IMG/VR virus record: IMGVR_UViG_3300021256_000095
Span: 10,791 to 74,790 of that record
Strand: one strand, 5' to 3'
Length of the DNA stretch: 64,000 nt
Source of the DNA: a virus
Taxonomy: Duplodnaviria; Caudoviricetes
Below, piece after piece: positions 37,390 to 49,222 of this stretch. A program made the translations under genes and the position numbers. Within the stretch, counting starts at the first letter, position 1. Every line of letters begins with the position of its first letter. The notes under the pieces are model-generated. The model saw nothing but the letters and a program-made list of their open reading frames with translations. It was not told where the DNA came from and made no database searches.

Positions 37390-38505
37390 ATGAAATTTGG
37401 TATTCGTGAATGTGCGAACATGGTGTTCAGAGCTAAGACTCCTACTAATATAGGTAAATATAAGTTTAAAGCTGGACAGCCTGTTCTTTATATTGATACT
37501 GCTACAACTTCTACTCTTGAGCAAGCTACAACCGCTGTATATGCACAAGGTGGTAGAGGTAACGTTCGTCTTATTTCTTGGGAAGGTGAAAAAACTCTTA
37601 CTTTCACTGTAGAAGACGCACTCCTTTCACCAATCTCTCTTGCAATGCTCTCTGGTGCAGATCTTTTCCAGGGATCTAAGTCTGTATCTGAAGTACATTT
37701 CCATACTACAAGTACAGCTAGTATTGATTTAGTAGCTGGTACAGGAGAAGGAGCCGTTGATGGTTATATTAATTTAGAGAGCGTTCTTGGTGCAGGAGAA
37801 AAAATTTGTGCATCAAATGATGCTCCTATTTATGTTATCATAACAGAAGGTGATGGTAGCTTAACTGGAGAAATGCTTGTTGGTACTAAAGTTGAAGTTG
37901 GTGATGCTACAAAGTCTGGAAATACATGGACTTGGACAGCGGCTAGTACTACAACAAAAAATCAAAGTATTAAGATTACAGGAGTTTCAAGTTCAGGTAT
38001 TGCAGATTTTGCAGAAGATGATAGAACCACTATTGAAGCAGGTAAGAGTTATACTGTATTCGTAGATTACTATCTTGATAAGCCGGCTGCAAAGGTTGAT
38101 GAACTTCAGATTGCTGCTGACAACTTTGCTGGTAACTATTATGTAGAAGCTGATACATTATTTAGACGTAAGAGTGATGGTGTAGATATGCCTGCTAACT
38201 TAACATTCCCTAATGTTAAGATTCAGTCTAACTTTACATTCTCTCTTTCAGGAACTGGAGATCCTTCAACATTTACTTTCACAATGGATGCTCTTCCAGG
38301 ATATACTTATTTTGATAAGTCAAGAGAAGTTCTTTGTGTAATTCAGGTAATTGAGGATCAGACAAATGCTGATAAGATTATTAATCCAGTAATGCCTCAT
38401 AACACAACTCTTGAGCATAATAAAGTAGAGATTGATGACTCTAAGTATATTGGTTATGGTACAACAGAAGGAACTACACAGGGTAATGCAACTGAAGAAG
38501 GTTAA
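37390..38505 (+). CDS. Major tail tube protein
   Basis: 371 aa, T/G/A-rich, QSNFTFSLSGTGDPSTFTFTMDAL; terminator 38529-38557. Confidence 0.7.
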   Translation: MKFGIRECANMVFRAKTPTNIGKYKFKAGQPVLYIDTATTSTLEQATTAVYAQGGRGNVRLISWEGEKTLTFTVEDALLSPISLAMLSGADLFQGSKSVSEVHFHTTSTASIDLVAGTGEGAVDGYINLESVLGAGEKICASNDAPIYVIITEGDGSLTGEMLVGTKVEVGDATKSGNTWTWTAASTTTKNQSIKITGVSSSGIADFAEDDRTTIEAGKSYTVFVDYYLDKPAAKVDELQIAADNFAGNYYVEADTLFRRKSDGVDMPANLTFPNVKIQSNFTFSLSGTGDPSTFTFTMDALPGYTYFDKSREVLCVIQVIEDQTNADKIINPVMPHNTTLEHNKVEIDDSKYIGYGTTEGTTQGNATEEG

Positions 38506-38584
38506 TTAAATTAATATAAAAATAGATTTGGGAAGCACTAAAGAAAGTGCTTCCCGCTATTTTTTTATCTTCTATTGAAAGAAG

Positions 38585-40015
38585 GTGAAATACAATATGT
38601 ATTTAAATCAAGCAACTCCTCGTTATGATGTAGTTGAATTTTTAGGAGATATACATAATAAGTTAAATAAAAAATATAATTTTAATATTTCTAATAAAGA
38701 ACAAAATAAAGAATGGGAAAGAGCGCAAAAAATACAAGAGTTTTTAAGAGTTCTTCCAACAATATTAAAAAAGAATGATAGTTTAATAGCGAAAGTTTTG
38801 TATTCAAATTTAAAATCCATTATGGGTAAAGACCAAGAAAGTTTTTCTTTATTTGAAAGAATGAAAGAAAGATCTACGGATCCTAAAGATGATGTAGGTG
38901 ACGTTTTTGAAAAAGAGCTTCAAGCTATTATTCAAACTTTTTTTGAAGTAGAAGGACGTCCTATTCGATTAGGAGAGGAAACAGTTGAATTAAAAAATGT
39001 TCAACAATTCTTAGAAGCAAATCAACAAGGTTTTGATGAAAATTTAATGGCTACTTTTAGAAATATTCAAGCTGAAAGGATTCAACCAATTATAGACGAT
39101 TTAATAGAACAAGGATTGAAAAAAGGAACAAAAGATTTTAGAGATGCTCTAAAAAAAGATAGTCGTTATGTCACAGTGCCAGAATTAGGTATTGAATATT
39201 ATAAAAATCAAACAAGAAATAATAAAAGTAGCAATCGATCTTTTAATATTTATAACCTTTTTCCAAAAACTTTAGAGTATTATAAAGAAGAAAATTCGGA
39301 TGGATCAAAAATAAAATTAAAAACTCAACATTTTGTAGTTAAAGATAAATCAGGAAAAACGGATGTTGCAGCCTCAGATATTACTATTGATTATGAATTA
39401 GAAGGAGAGTTTTCAAATACTGTTGAAGCTGGTATAAAAGCCTTAAAGGGAGCTAGATTAAGTGCAAAATCTTATTCAGATTTTAAAATTGGATTAGGAA
39501 ATACTAATTTTTTAAAAGTATTTTATGCTGTTGCAGATGCTACTGGTCAAAGTAGCGAAACAAGAGTTCGACATTCAGCTTTATATCATCTTCTTAATTT
39601 ACAAAAATGTGCAAAAAATAAAAAAGAGAAAAAATATAAATACAAAAGAATTAAAGAAGAGGATAGGAAGCCTTCTATTTATGACCCAAGACGTTATGGT
39701 AAACTTAAAAGTAGATGGACTCAAGCAAGAGAGTACATTTATTATTTACGTTTTATTTATGAACTAACGGGGGCTGGAACTAAATATACAAAAAAAGAAC
39801 TACGAGGATTAGAAGAAGTAGATTTTCTTGTTACTAATATAGGAAAAGGAAAAGAAAGTTTAATTCAAGTTTTTCCAGTGTCATATTTAATTCAAAAGGC
39901 TATCATATCAATGCAGAAACCTGGAGCGTTGAAAAAGTATACTAGTAAAAGACCAGATCCATTTGATTCAGATTTACATATAGATTTTAGTGTATTAGAT
40001 ATACCAATGTTATAG
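38585..40015 (+). CDS. Lys-rich hypothetical protein with a possible PD-(D/E)xK-like core
   Basis: 476 aa; GKTDVA...LSAKSY motif; AT-richer than neighbours. Confidence 0.4.
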   Translation: MKYNMYLNQATPRYDVVEFLGDIHNKLNKKYNFNISNKEQNKEWERAQKIQEFLRVLPTILKKNDSLIAKVLYSNLKSIMGKDQESFSLFERMKERSTDPKDDVGDVFEKELQAIIQTFFEVEGRPIRLGEETVELKNVQQFLEANQQGFDENLMATFRNIQAERIQPIIDDLIEQGLKKGTKDFRDALKKDSRYVTVPELGIEYYKNQTRNNKSSNRSFNIYNLFPKTLEYYKEENSDGSKIKLKTQHFVVKDKSGKTDVAASDITIDYELEGEFSNTVEAGIKALKGARLSAKSYSDFKIGLGNTNFLKVFYAVADATGQSSETRVRHSALYHLLNLQKCAKNKKEKKYKYKRIKEEDRKPSIYDPRRYGKLKSRWTQAREYIYYLRFIYELTGAGTKYTKKELRGLEEVDFLVTNIGKGKESLIQVFPVSYLIQKAIISMQKPGALKKYTSKRPDPFDSDLHIDFSVLDIPML

Positions 40016-40075
40016 CTTGACAAAATTAAAAAATTTTGTTATAATATAAAAAAGAGAAAAAAGGAGAATAAAACA

Positions 40076-40657
40076 ATGAAATTTGAAGATTTACAATTAA
40101 AAGATTTTCAAAAGGAAGAACCAATGTTTAAAACAATTTCTTTTAAGGTTGGAGAAGAAGAAAAAGAAGTTGAAGTTAAACAGTATCTTTCAGTTAATGA
40201 CAAGATTGATTTAGTTCAAATTGCTCTTCAGCAGTCTCAAGAAGATGGAATATATAACGAGATTCTTTTAGATATGTATTTCAATCTTTATCTTGCAGTT
40301 TTTTATACCGATATAGAATTTGATAAAGAAAAACTTCAAGAAAATACAATGGAGATTTATGATGATTTAAAATCATGTGGTTTGTTAGATATGATTATAT
40401 CTGCTATACCTGAAGAAGAGTACCATGATTTATTTGATTTTTTAACTACTCAGCGCGAAGCAAATTTAAATTATAAAAAGACTGCTGCATATTTAATAAC
40501 AGAACTTTTTAATAATTTACCTGAACAAATGGAACAGACTGCACAAATTTTAAACACATTTGATCCAGAGAAGTTCCAGGCGGTTAAGAGTTTTGCAGAG
40601 GCCGCAAATGGAAACAGGGATATTCAAACTAATCAGCCTATTGAAGCAGTAAAATAG
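40076..40657 (+). CDS. Putative tail assembly chaperone
   Basis: Immediately upstream of the tape measure; own promoter TTGACA 40017/TATAAT. Confidence 0.5.
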   Translation: MKFEDLQLKDFQKEEPMFKTISFKVGEEEKEVEVKQYLSVNDKIDLVQIALQQSQEDGIYNEILLDMYFNLYLAVFYTDIEFDKEKLQENTMEIYDDLKSCGLLDMIISAIPEEEYHDLFDFLTTQREANLNYKKTAAYLITELFNNLPEQMEQTAQILNTFDPEKFQAVKSFAEAANGNRDIQTNQPIEAVK

Positions 40658-40768
40658 GTCAAATTTAATTAATATTAATGCTCTTATTATTATAGATAAT
40701 AAGAGCATTTTTTTATTTTGCGCAAAATAAAAAATCGAAAAAAATTGGAACTAAGGAGGAACAAGGAT

Positions 40769-43700
40769 ATGGCAAGAACAATAGATGCCGGCAAAATCCA
40801 ATATAGTGTTGGATTTCAGGTTGATAAGACTGGGTTAAATGAATTAAAAAATCAATTAAACAATTTAATTAATTCTATTCCATCTTCGTCAAAATTATTA
40901 AAGATGGATCCTAGCTTAAAGAATCTTTCTGAAGCTGGCAAGAAAGTACATGATATTCAAAAGAGTATTGTTGAAGTAGAACAAGCTTTTAACAATGCTT
41001 TTAATGTTGATACAGGTTTAATGAATTTAAAGAAATTAAACACTTCTTTAAAAGATATTGGAATAAATAGATTAGCTCAAAATTTTTCTTATTTTGGTCA
41101 ACAAGGACAACAAGCTTTTTATCAAATAACAAAATCTGCATTAACAACAGAAATGCAATTTAAAAAGACGCATGGTATTCTTGATAAGATGGGACAAACT
41201 TTAATGAATACATTAAAGTGGCAAATTTCATCAAGTGCAATTAATCGTTTTACAGGCGCTGTTCAACAAGCATATGGATATGTTCAACATTTAGATACAT
41301 CTTTAAATGATATTCGTATAGTTACAGGTAAATCTGCTGATGAGATGGAGCGTTTTGCTCGTACCGCAAATAAAGCTGCAAAAAGTTTAGGAGCTTCTAC
41401 GACCGAGTACACAGAAGCTGCTTTAATTTACTATCAGCAAGGTTTAAGCGATGAAGAAGCTAATGCTCGTGCTGCAACAACTCTTAAAGCCGCAAACGTT
41501 ACAGGGCAATCTGGTGCAGCTGTATCAGAAGAGTTAACAGCCGTTTGGAATGGTTATAAAGTAAGTGCTGAAGAGACAGAGCTTGCAGTTGATAAATTAG
41601 CTGCGGTTGCCGCAACAACAGCTGCAGACCTTGAAGAATTATCAGTTGGTATGAGTAAAGTTGCATCTGCCGCAAATAACATGGGAGTTGACATGGATCA
41701 ACTTAATGCTATGATTGCGACTATTGTATCTATTACTCGTCAAGCGCCTGAGTCAGTTGGTACTGCATTAAAAACTATTTTTGCACGTATGTCCGACCTT
41801 AAGCTTGGAGATACTGATGAAGATGGTTTAAAACTTGGTGATGTATCTGGTTCTCTTGAAAAGGTTGGTGTTTCAATACTTGACACTAATGGCGATTTAC
41901 GTAAGATGGGTGATGTTATTGAAGAGGTTGCTGGTAAATGGGATACTTGGACCAAGGCTCAACAAGCAGCAGTCGCGCAATCTCTTGCTGGTAAACGTCA
42001 ATATAATAACTTAGTTGCTTTATTTGATAACTGGGATATGTATTCAAATGCATTAAATACTTCTAAAAATGCAATGGGTACATTACAGCATCAACAAGAT
42101 ATATATATGGAATCTACCGAAGCTCATCTTCAAGTTTTAAAGACTCAATGGGAAGATTTATATGATTCTTTATTAGATACTGATACTATTAATAATCTTA
42201 TTGATAGTTTAACAAAAGTTATAAAATTATTTACAGAGTTAATAGACTCTATTGGTGGCGGAAATAATTTATTTTTAATGCTTGGTGCTACTGCGACAAG
42301 AGTTTTTAGTAAACAATTAGGTCAAGGAATTGCTAACTTTGTTACAAATTTAAAGAAAAGTAAAGATAATACAGAACAATTAAAGGCTCAACTTGATACT
42401 ATTGAGATGTTTAAAAATAGTTCTGCATATAAAAATAATCCTGCTGTAAAAGCTTTAGTAGATGCTCAAGAAACTGCTTCTCAATATTATAAATTTATGG
42501 ATAATGAGCAAATCAATCAAGCGAATATGATGGCTCAACAAATTGGAGATGCTCAGGCTCTTGAAGAACAATGGAAGGAAAGCACAAAAGCTCTTAAAGA
42601 ATATGGCGATGCAGTTCAAAGTGTAAAGGGATCTGCTCAAACTGGTAAGGGGCCTGTTCGTACCAATGATTATGATATAGTTGGAAACTCTCCTTCTGAG
42701 AGAAGTAAAGAGGCAATGGGTCAAAGATTAAGAGACTCAATGTCAGATATAGATAATTTTGAAAAAAGAATAAAAGGTTTACGTTCTAGTTATCAAAATC
42801 TTTATAATGATGCTGAAAAACTTGATGATGCAATAAATAATAAAGCAAAAATAAAAGAAATAGAGCAAAAAGAACAAAAATGGCTTAAAAGCTTAGATAG
42901 TTTAAGAAGAGGTGGAAAAGGGCTACAAAGTCAATTTGAATTATTAAATAAAACAAAACTTTTTCCAGATTTATCTTCTAGTCAAATAACAAGTATAGAA
43001 ACTGCTTTTAGAAAATTTAATAGCGTATTAATGGATGATAATTCTACTTTAGAAGATTTAGATAATGCTATTATTGAATTACAGTCTCAAATTGAAACAC
43101 TTCCAAAATCTGCACAAAAAGCAGCAGAATCTTTAATTAAAATATATGAAGCTGGAGATCAGACAGGTAATTTTGGTGTTGAAGAAAGAAAGAAAGAACA
43201 AAAAGCATTTTTAGACAGCGCTGAGATGCAAGCGATGGCGACTTCTATTGTTTCTGTAGTAGGTGGATTAGGTCAATTAGCATCTGGTATAAGCGCAGTA
43301 AAAAATCTTGGCGGTATTTGGAATAATGATGATTTATCTACTGGAGAAAAAATTCTTCAAACTCTTACTAATGTAGGTATGAGTTTACCAATGTTGGTAA
43401 GTGGATTCACCGCGATTCAAAGTAGTTTTAAAACTTTACAACCATTAGCTACGAAATTATTTGCATCTATTGCAGCTGGTTTGACAGCTGATATTTCTTT
43501 AACAACAGTTTTTAAAGGATTATTAGACACTTTAAAAAATCATCCTATTATTCTTGGAATGGCAGCAATAGCTGGAACTTTTGGAGCAATAACTTATTTT
43601 TCTAATAAATATCAAAAAGAACAAGAGCAAGAAGCTAAAGCTGACGAAGAAGCTGCTCAAAAAGCAAGAGAACATACTCAAGCAATAGAAGAGCAAGGTA

Positions 43701-46700
43701 AACAAATTGATGAAATTATTTCTAAGTATGATGAATTAAATGAAAAAATTAAAAATCAAGAAATTACAACTGAAGGTGCAAGAAATGAAATTTATAATTT
43801 ATGTAAGCAATATGGTTTACAAGATTTAGCATTAAAAGCATTAATAGTTGATTACGAGGATTTGGCGGGAGTTCTTAAAGAAGCAAATGCAGAACAAGCA
43901 AAAAGAAAAGCAGAATCTGCTTCAAATGAGAGAGAATTATCTAGAGTTTCTGCAAAATCTAGTATTTGGAAAAATTTAGGATCAACAGCAAGAGATGATA
44001 TTTCTTGGGGTTCTGGAAGAGGAATCGATTTATCAGGAATGCAAACAGGAGGGTTTCTGGGACTTGAAGGAGCTTATAATGAAAATAGAGCACTTTTAAA
44101 ATCTAATCTTAAAGATTTAGGAATTAAAATTGATAAAAGTGGACATATTGATGAAGAAGCTCTTATAGATGCTTATGCAAAAAATAGAGAATCTTTATTA
44201 AAGCTTCTTGACGAATCCAATGCCACTGCAGCAGAAGAATTATTAGACATAATTACTGAAAACAAAAATGTTTTAGAGAATTATAGAGAAGCTTATCAAA
44301 ATGATTTACAAGCTCAAGCAGAAAATAGAATTATAAATGGACCTTTAAATGATATTGTTGAGAATATTACTTCAGGACAAGATTTTAACCAAGCTAGAGA
44401 AACTTTAATTACTGCATTAACTGGATCAGGAGGAATTTTTGATTCTGAAGAAGATGCTCAAGAATTTGTTAATAATTATTTAAATGGGATTGACGAGATT
44501 AAAGAGTATGCTCAGCAAGCAGATTTAATTACTGCATTAAGTGAAAATAGTAGTTTTTCTGAATCTCAAATCAATGATATATTAAAAAATTATTCTGATG
44601 CAGAAGTTAAATTCTTTTCTCAATATATTGGATTAGCTGAAAAATATAAAGATGATATATCTCAATTTTTCATAAATAATAAAGAAGCTATTGAAAAAAT
44701 TAGTAAAGAAGATAGTTTTGTTAAAATAAAAACATTATTTGTAAATTCAGAAGGAAAAGAGTTTAAACCTGAAGATATACAAGAACTATTTTCTGATAAA
44801 TATTTTTCAACTACTTTTAATATTAATCAAAATGATTTTCTTAATCAAACTTTTGAACAACAAGAAGGTCAATTATTAGCTTATTATCTTAAACAAGGTC
44901 AACTTGAAAATGAATTTCAACAACAGAAAAAACAAGCTAGAATAGATGAATATAATGATCAAGTTGCAGATTTAAATAGGATTGAAGAACAATATAAAGG
45001 TATAGTAAATAGCATAAAAGAAGATAAAGGTCTTTCAAATGAGTTTTTTACGGATTCATCATATTTTAATACTACTATTCAATCGAGGTCAATATCTGAA
45101 GATGATTTAGATTTATTATATGAATATATAACTGCAGGGGAAAATGCAAGTAAACAAAGTCAAGATTTTGTTGACTCTTTAACTCAGCAAGAAAAAGCTA
45201 TAATAAATAATAATAAAGATTTTAGAAATAGTATAGAGGCTAATAAAGAATATAGAGAAAGTATAAAAGCATTAGGTCTTGAGAATAAAAAATATCAAGA
45301 TGTTCTAGAAGATTTCTCAAAACAAAGAGTAAATTTAACTTCTCTTGGTGAAAGTCTTGAAAAACTTAATATGTCTTGGGCGGAATGGGGAGAAGCAGTT
45401 CAAAATGCTTTAAAAGCAACCAATTCAGGTATAGATAATTTACAATCAGCTTATAGTTCATTAACTTCTATAATGGAAGAGTATAATGAAACTGGTAAAT
45501 TATCAATAGATAATCTTCAAACTTTCTTAAATATGGATACTGCATATTTATCTGCTCTTCAGATTGAAAATGGTCAGATGTCTTTAAATGAAGAAGGTCT
45601 TAAACAGATTGCGCTCGCTCGTTTAGATGAAGCGGAGGCTGAAGCTTATGAACAAGCCATGGCTGAACTTAATGATGAAGCAAGACGAAGAGAAATCGAA
45701 GGAACTGGAATAGCTGCTCAAAGTCTTGAAATGCTTGGTCAAACCGCTGTAGATGCAGCGAATGCAGCACGAAGTGGAATTAGTGCTTGGCAAGCTTATT
45801 GGGCTGCCGCACTTAATAATGAAGGTATTGCTAATGATGCTTATGCTCAACAAGTTGGTCAAGCTTTATATACAAAACTTCAAGCTATAGATTCTGTTAG
45901 GCAACAAATTTTATCTGGCGATTTAAGTGGAGCTTTAGGAGGAAGTAGTTCTTCTTCAAGTTCATCATCTCAAGAACCTGAACAAGTTGAATATCTTGAA
46001 AGAGAAGTTGATTTATATAGAGAAGTTAATGAAGAGCTTGATAATATTGAAAGTAAACTTGGTAGAGTAGAAGAGGTTGAAAGTCATAGTTGGGGTGTAA
46101 GTTATCTTGATACTCTTCAAAAACAAAATGAACTTCTCGATGAACAACTTGAAAAACTTCAAAAGAAAAAATCTATTCAAGAAGGAGATCTTTCAGCTCG
46201 TAGAAAACAGCTTGAAGATGTAGGTGTTAATTTCTCTGCTGATGGTGCAGTTATGACTAATGCAGAAGCGGTTATAGATAACTACTATGCAAATTATAAT
46301 GCTATGGTAGATAGATATAATGCGATGTCTGTTGATGAACAAGAAGGTTATAAATCTACTCTTGAAGCTGAAGAAGATAAAGTTAAGAAAATTGAAGATG
46401 CTGTTAATGACTATGAAAGTCTTTATTCAGATTATCAATCTATTCTTGATGAAATTCAAGAAAATTATTTTAAGCAAATTGAAAAAGAAGTTGATGAATT
46501 TAATTTTGAAGTTGATTTACATCTTGAGTTAAGTGATGCTCGAAAAGAATGGAAAGATTTTTGGCATGATGTAATACAAGATATTGAAAGTGATGACTTT
46601 GGAGGGCAAATTGCAAAAAGTTTATCAAAACTGGGAACATTGATCGGAACCGCTGGTAATAATGCTACTAGCGATGTTTCAGTTTTGACGAATCATTTAA

Positions 46701-49222
46701 ATGACACTATCAATGAAGTTACCACTCAAATTGGTTCTCATGGTCTTGAAGGTTTATTTGGTACTGATACAGCTCTGTCAAAAGAAAATCTTGAAAATTA
46801 TAGAGATCAACTTATGGAAGCATTAAAGTCTGCAAAAGAAGAAATTGAAAATATTTCTGATAATTACCTCAAGATGCTTGATAGTGCAAAAGACCTTATA
46901 AAAGAACAAGTTGATGATTGGAATACTATTGGAGATCAAATCGCGCATAATATTGAGTTAATTAAGTTACTTGATGGCGATACTGCTTATAATCCACTTA
47001 ATACTCAATATGAACAACAATATCAAAATAATTTGAATTTACTTCAAGTTCAAAAAGTTGCTCAAGATAATTTTGCTAATGATATTAAACATTATAAAGA
47101 GTTAATGGATTCTGTTGAACAAGGTAGTCAACAATGGAAGACTTATGAAGAAGCTTATAATAAATCAGTTACTAATTATAAAGAAGCTGTTAAAGATTTA
47201 GATAACACAGTTGAAAAATCTATTAAAGATATTCAAACTTGGAGAAAAAATAATGTTGATTCTATTATTGATACTCTTGATAAGGCTATGAGCGGCGGAC
47301 TTGGTACAGATTTACTTGAGAAAGAATGGAAACTCATTAATGATTATGCAGATAAGTATTATGACAATGTTGAACGTGCTTACAATATGGAAGATTATAC
47401 TAATCTGTTAAATGATGCGGCAAACGCAACAGGCTTAACAGCTGCAAATCAAGCTAAATTAAATGCTTTTAGAGACAAAGAGCTTAAGCAACTTAATGAG
47501 AAAGAAAAACTTACTCAATATGATATAGATGAATCAAAAGCAAGATTAGAGATTCTTAAACAAGAAATTGCTCTTCAAGATGCTCAGCGTAATAAGAATA
47601 ATATGCGTTTAAGAAGAGATAATCAAGGTAATTATGTATATCAATATACGGGTGATGAAGAAGCTATTGATCAAGCTGAAAATGGAGTTTTAACAGCAAA
47701 GAAAGCATGGTATGATTTAGTTAAGAAAAGATATAAAGAAACTTCTGAATATATTATGCAACTTGAAAAAGAAAATGTTGATTTTCATAAGCAACTTGCG
47801 GACGCTATGGCTGCGGGAGATGAGGTCCGCGCAAATAAAATCCGTGAAATGCTTGCAAGAAATCAAGAACAAATTAATTTTGCATATGAGCAAGCTGAAA
47901 AGAATAAACGAGATTTATTTGATGGAACTGCTCAATATTTTGCAAATGTTGAAAATGCCAACATTCTTCCTCAATCAGAAGCTACTGTTAGAACTTTAGT
48001 AGATCAATGGGCGGGAAGCGGTAAAGATAGTTTTATTACTGCTATAAAGACAGCATTTAGTGATTTAGAATCTACTCAAGAAGAATATAATATTAAGACT
48101 CAACAAGTACTTCAAACCGCAGGAGTTTACTATGAAAGATTAAGAGATAATGGCATTGATCCTGTAAAAGACTCTTTAGAAGATTTAATGGATACTAATG
48201 AAGATTTTGGAAATCAATTAGATGATATTAATGATAAATTAAGAGAAGAGGAAGATGTTCTTAGAGATGTTGAAAATGCTTATAATAGCTTAAAAGATAG
48301 TGCGGTTTCCGCAATTCAAGAAGCTAATAATGCATTAGAGACGTTAGCTCGTACTCATATGCAGATGCAAAATTATGCTAATAATATCCCTGCCGTAGGT
48401 AATCGGCCAGCAATCACTGGTACTAGTACAAGTGAAAAGAGTAATAATGGTGGAGGAAATGATACTACAACAAAAAACCCACTTGATTTATTCCCTGCAT
48501 ATAATCCTAATAAACCTTCTGGTATAATAGGGCCTGGAGATAGTGTTCAAATTAATCTTTCTACCGGTCAAATAGTAGCATCTTCTAGTAATGCAAACCC
48601 TCAAGATGTTCAAAGAAGAGTAGATAATGCTTTAAAACAAGCTCTTGAGAATAATAAAGTTAGTAAGCAATTTGGCATAAAAACTGAAAATGGTCATTGG
48701 TATATTATGGGACCATTTGGTATTACTAATTTGAAGCAAATTCTTAAGCAAGACGGACGATTTACTTATGTAGGAGAAGGGGTAAAAGGTTTTTTTGGAA
48801 AAACTCCTGTAACTCTTAAATCCGGAGGATACACCGGCGATTGGTCAGGTCCAGGTGTAGATGGTGTTGGCGGCCGCGCTGCAATCCTTCACCAAAAAGA
48901 ACTTGTTTTAAATGAGCAAGATACTTCTAATATGTTAAAAGCTGTTTCTGCATTAAGAGGTTTAAGTTTAAGTAATATTGCTAATTCAATACTTGCCGCA
49001 ACTCAAATCTCAGCTGGACTTATTTCTCAGATTAGTGGTTTAGGATTATCTTCTATTGCGGGAAGTACTTCTACAACTGAAAATTATAGAAATATGACTG
49101 TTAATGCAGACTTTAGTGGAGTAAGAAGTGCAGATCAAATTTATCAAGCTATTATGGAACTTGAAAATTATGGTTTACAAAATTCTTATTCTTCTTCTCC
49201 TCTTGCAAATAGAAGTTATTAA
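40769..49222 (+). CDS. Tape measure protein (~2817 aa)
   Basis: TP901-type core (LDTSLNDIRIVTG..., VGTALKTIFARM), long helical/coiled body; AAGGAGG RBS. Confidence 0.9.
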   Translation: MARTIDAGKIQYSVGFQVDKTGLNELKNQLNNLINSIPSSSKLLKMDPSLKNLSEAGKKVHDIQKSIVEVEQAFNNAFNVDTGLMNLKKLNTSLKDIGINRLAQNFSYFGQQGQQAFYQITKSALTTEMQFKKTHGILDKMGQTLMNTLKWQISSSAINRFTGAVQQAYGYVQHLDTSLNDIRIVTGKSADEMERFARTANKAAKSLGASTTEYTEAALIYYQQGLSDEEANARAATTLKAANVTGQSGAAVSEELTAVWNGYKVSAEETELAVDKLAAVAATTAADLEELSVGMSKVASAANNMGVDMDQLNAMIATIVSITRQAPESVGTALKTIFARMSDLKLGDTDEDGLKLGDVSGSLEKVGVSILDTNGDLRKMGDVIEEVAGKWDTWTKAQQAAVAQSLAGKRQYNNLVALFDNWDMYSNALNTSKNAMGTLQHQQDIYMESTEAHLQVLKTQWEDLYDSLLDTDTINNLIDSLTKVIKLFTELIDSIGGGNNLFLMLGATATRVFSKQLGQGIANFVTNLKKSKDNTEQLKAQLDTIEMFKNSSAYKNNPAVKALVDAQETASQYYKFMDNEQINQANMMAQQIGDAQALEEQWKESTKALKEYGDAVQSVKGSAQTGKGPVRTNDYDIVGNSPSERSKEAMGQRLRDSMSDIDNFEKRIKGLRSSYQNLYNDAEKLDDAINNKAKIKEIEQKEQKWLKSLDSLRRGGKGLQSQFELLNKTKLFPDLSSSQITSIETAFRKFNSVLMDDNSTLEDLDNAIIELQSQIETLPKSAQKAAESLIKIYEAGDQTGNFGVEERKKEQKAFLDSAEMQAMATSIVSVVGGLGQLASGISAVKNLGGIWNNDDLSTGEKILQTLTNVGMSLPMLVSGFTAIQSSFKTLQPLATKLFASIAAGLTADISLTTVFKGLLDTLKNHPIILGMAAIAGTFGAITYFSNKYQKEQEQEAKADEEAAQKAREHTQAIEEQGKQIDEIISKYDELNEKIKNQEITTEGARNEIYNLCKQYGLQDLALKALIVDYEDLAGVLKEANAEQAKRKAESASNERELSRVSAKSSIWKNLGSTARDDISWGSGRGIDLSGMQTGGFLGLEGAYNENRALLKSNLKDLGIKIDKSGHIDEEALIDAYAKNRESLLKLLDESNATAAEELLDIITENKNVLENYREAYQNDLQAQAENRIINGPLNDIVENITSGQDFNQARETLITALTGSGGIFDSEEDAQEFVNNYLNGIDEIKEYAQQADLITALSENSSFSESQINDILKNYSDAEVKFFSQYIGLAEKYKDDISQFFINNKEAIEKISKEDSFVKIKTLFVNSEGKEFKPEDIQELFSDKYFSTTFNINQNDFLNQTFEQQEGQLLAYYLKQGQLENEFQQQKKQARIDEYNDQVADLNRIEEQYKGIVNSIKEDKGLSNEFFTDSSYFNTTIQSRSISEDDLDLLYEYITAGENASKQSQDFVDSLTQQEKAIINNNKDFRNSIEANKEYRESIKALGLENKKYQDVLEDFSKQRVNLTSLGESLEKLNMSWAEWGEAVQNALKATNSGIDNLQSAYSSLTSIMEEYNETGKLSIDNLQTFLNMDTAYLSALQIENGQMSLNEEGLKQIALARLDEAEAEAYEQAMAELNDEARRREIEGTGIAAQSLEMLGQTAVDAANAARSGISAWQAYWAAALNNEGIANDAYAQQVGQALYTKLQAIDSVRQQILSGDLSGALGGSSSSSSSSSQEPEQVEYLEREVDLYREVNEELDNIESKLGRVEEVESHSWGVSYLDTLQKQNELLDEQLEKLQKKKSIQEGDLSARRKQLEDVGVNFSADGAVMTNAEAVIDNYYANYNAMVDRYNAMSVDEQEGYKSTLEAEEDKVKKIEDAVNDYESLYSDYQSILDEIQENYFKQIEKEVDEFNFEVDLHLELSDARKEWKDFWHDVIQDIESDDFGGQIAKSLSKLGTLIGTAGNNATSDVSVLTNHLNDTINEVTTQIGSHGLEGLFGTDTALSKENLENYRDQLMEALKSAKEEIENISDNYLKMLDSAKDLIKEQVDDWNTIGDQIAHNIELIKLLDGDTAYNPLNTQYEQQYQNNLNLLQVQKVAQDNFANDIKHYKELMDSVEQGSQQWKTYEEAYNKSVTNYKEAVKDLDNTVEKSIKDIQTWRKNNVDSIIDTLDKAMSGGLGTDLLEKEWKLINDYADKYYDNVERAYNMEDYTNLLNDAANATGLTAANQAKLNAFRDKELKQLNEKEKLTQYDIDESKARLEILKQEIALQDAQRNKNNMRLRRDNQGNYVYQYTGDEEAIDQAENGVLTAKKAWYDLVKKRYKETSEYIMQLEKENVDFHKQLADAMAAGDEVRANKIREMLARNQEQINFAYEQAEKNKRDLFDGTAQYFANVENANILPQSEATVRTLVDQWAGSGKDSFITAIKTAFSDLESTQEEYNIKTQQVLQTAGVYYERLRDNGIDPVKDSLEDLMDTNEDFGNQLDDINDKLREEEDVLRDVENAYNSLKDSAVSAIQEANNALETLARTHMQMQNYANNIPAVGNRPAITGTSTSEKSNNGGGNDTTTKNPLDLFPAYNPNKPSGIIGPGDSVQINLSTGQIVASSSNANPQDVQRRVDNALKQALENNKVSKQFGIKTENGHWYIMGPFGITNLKQILKQDGRFTYVGEGVKGFFGKTPVTLKSGGYTGDWSGPGVDGVGGRAAILHQKELVLNEQDTSNMLKAVSALRGLSLSNIANSILAATQISAGLISQISGLGLSSIAGSTSTTENYRNMTVNADFSGVRSADQIYQAIMELENYGLQNSYSSSPLANRSY

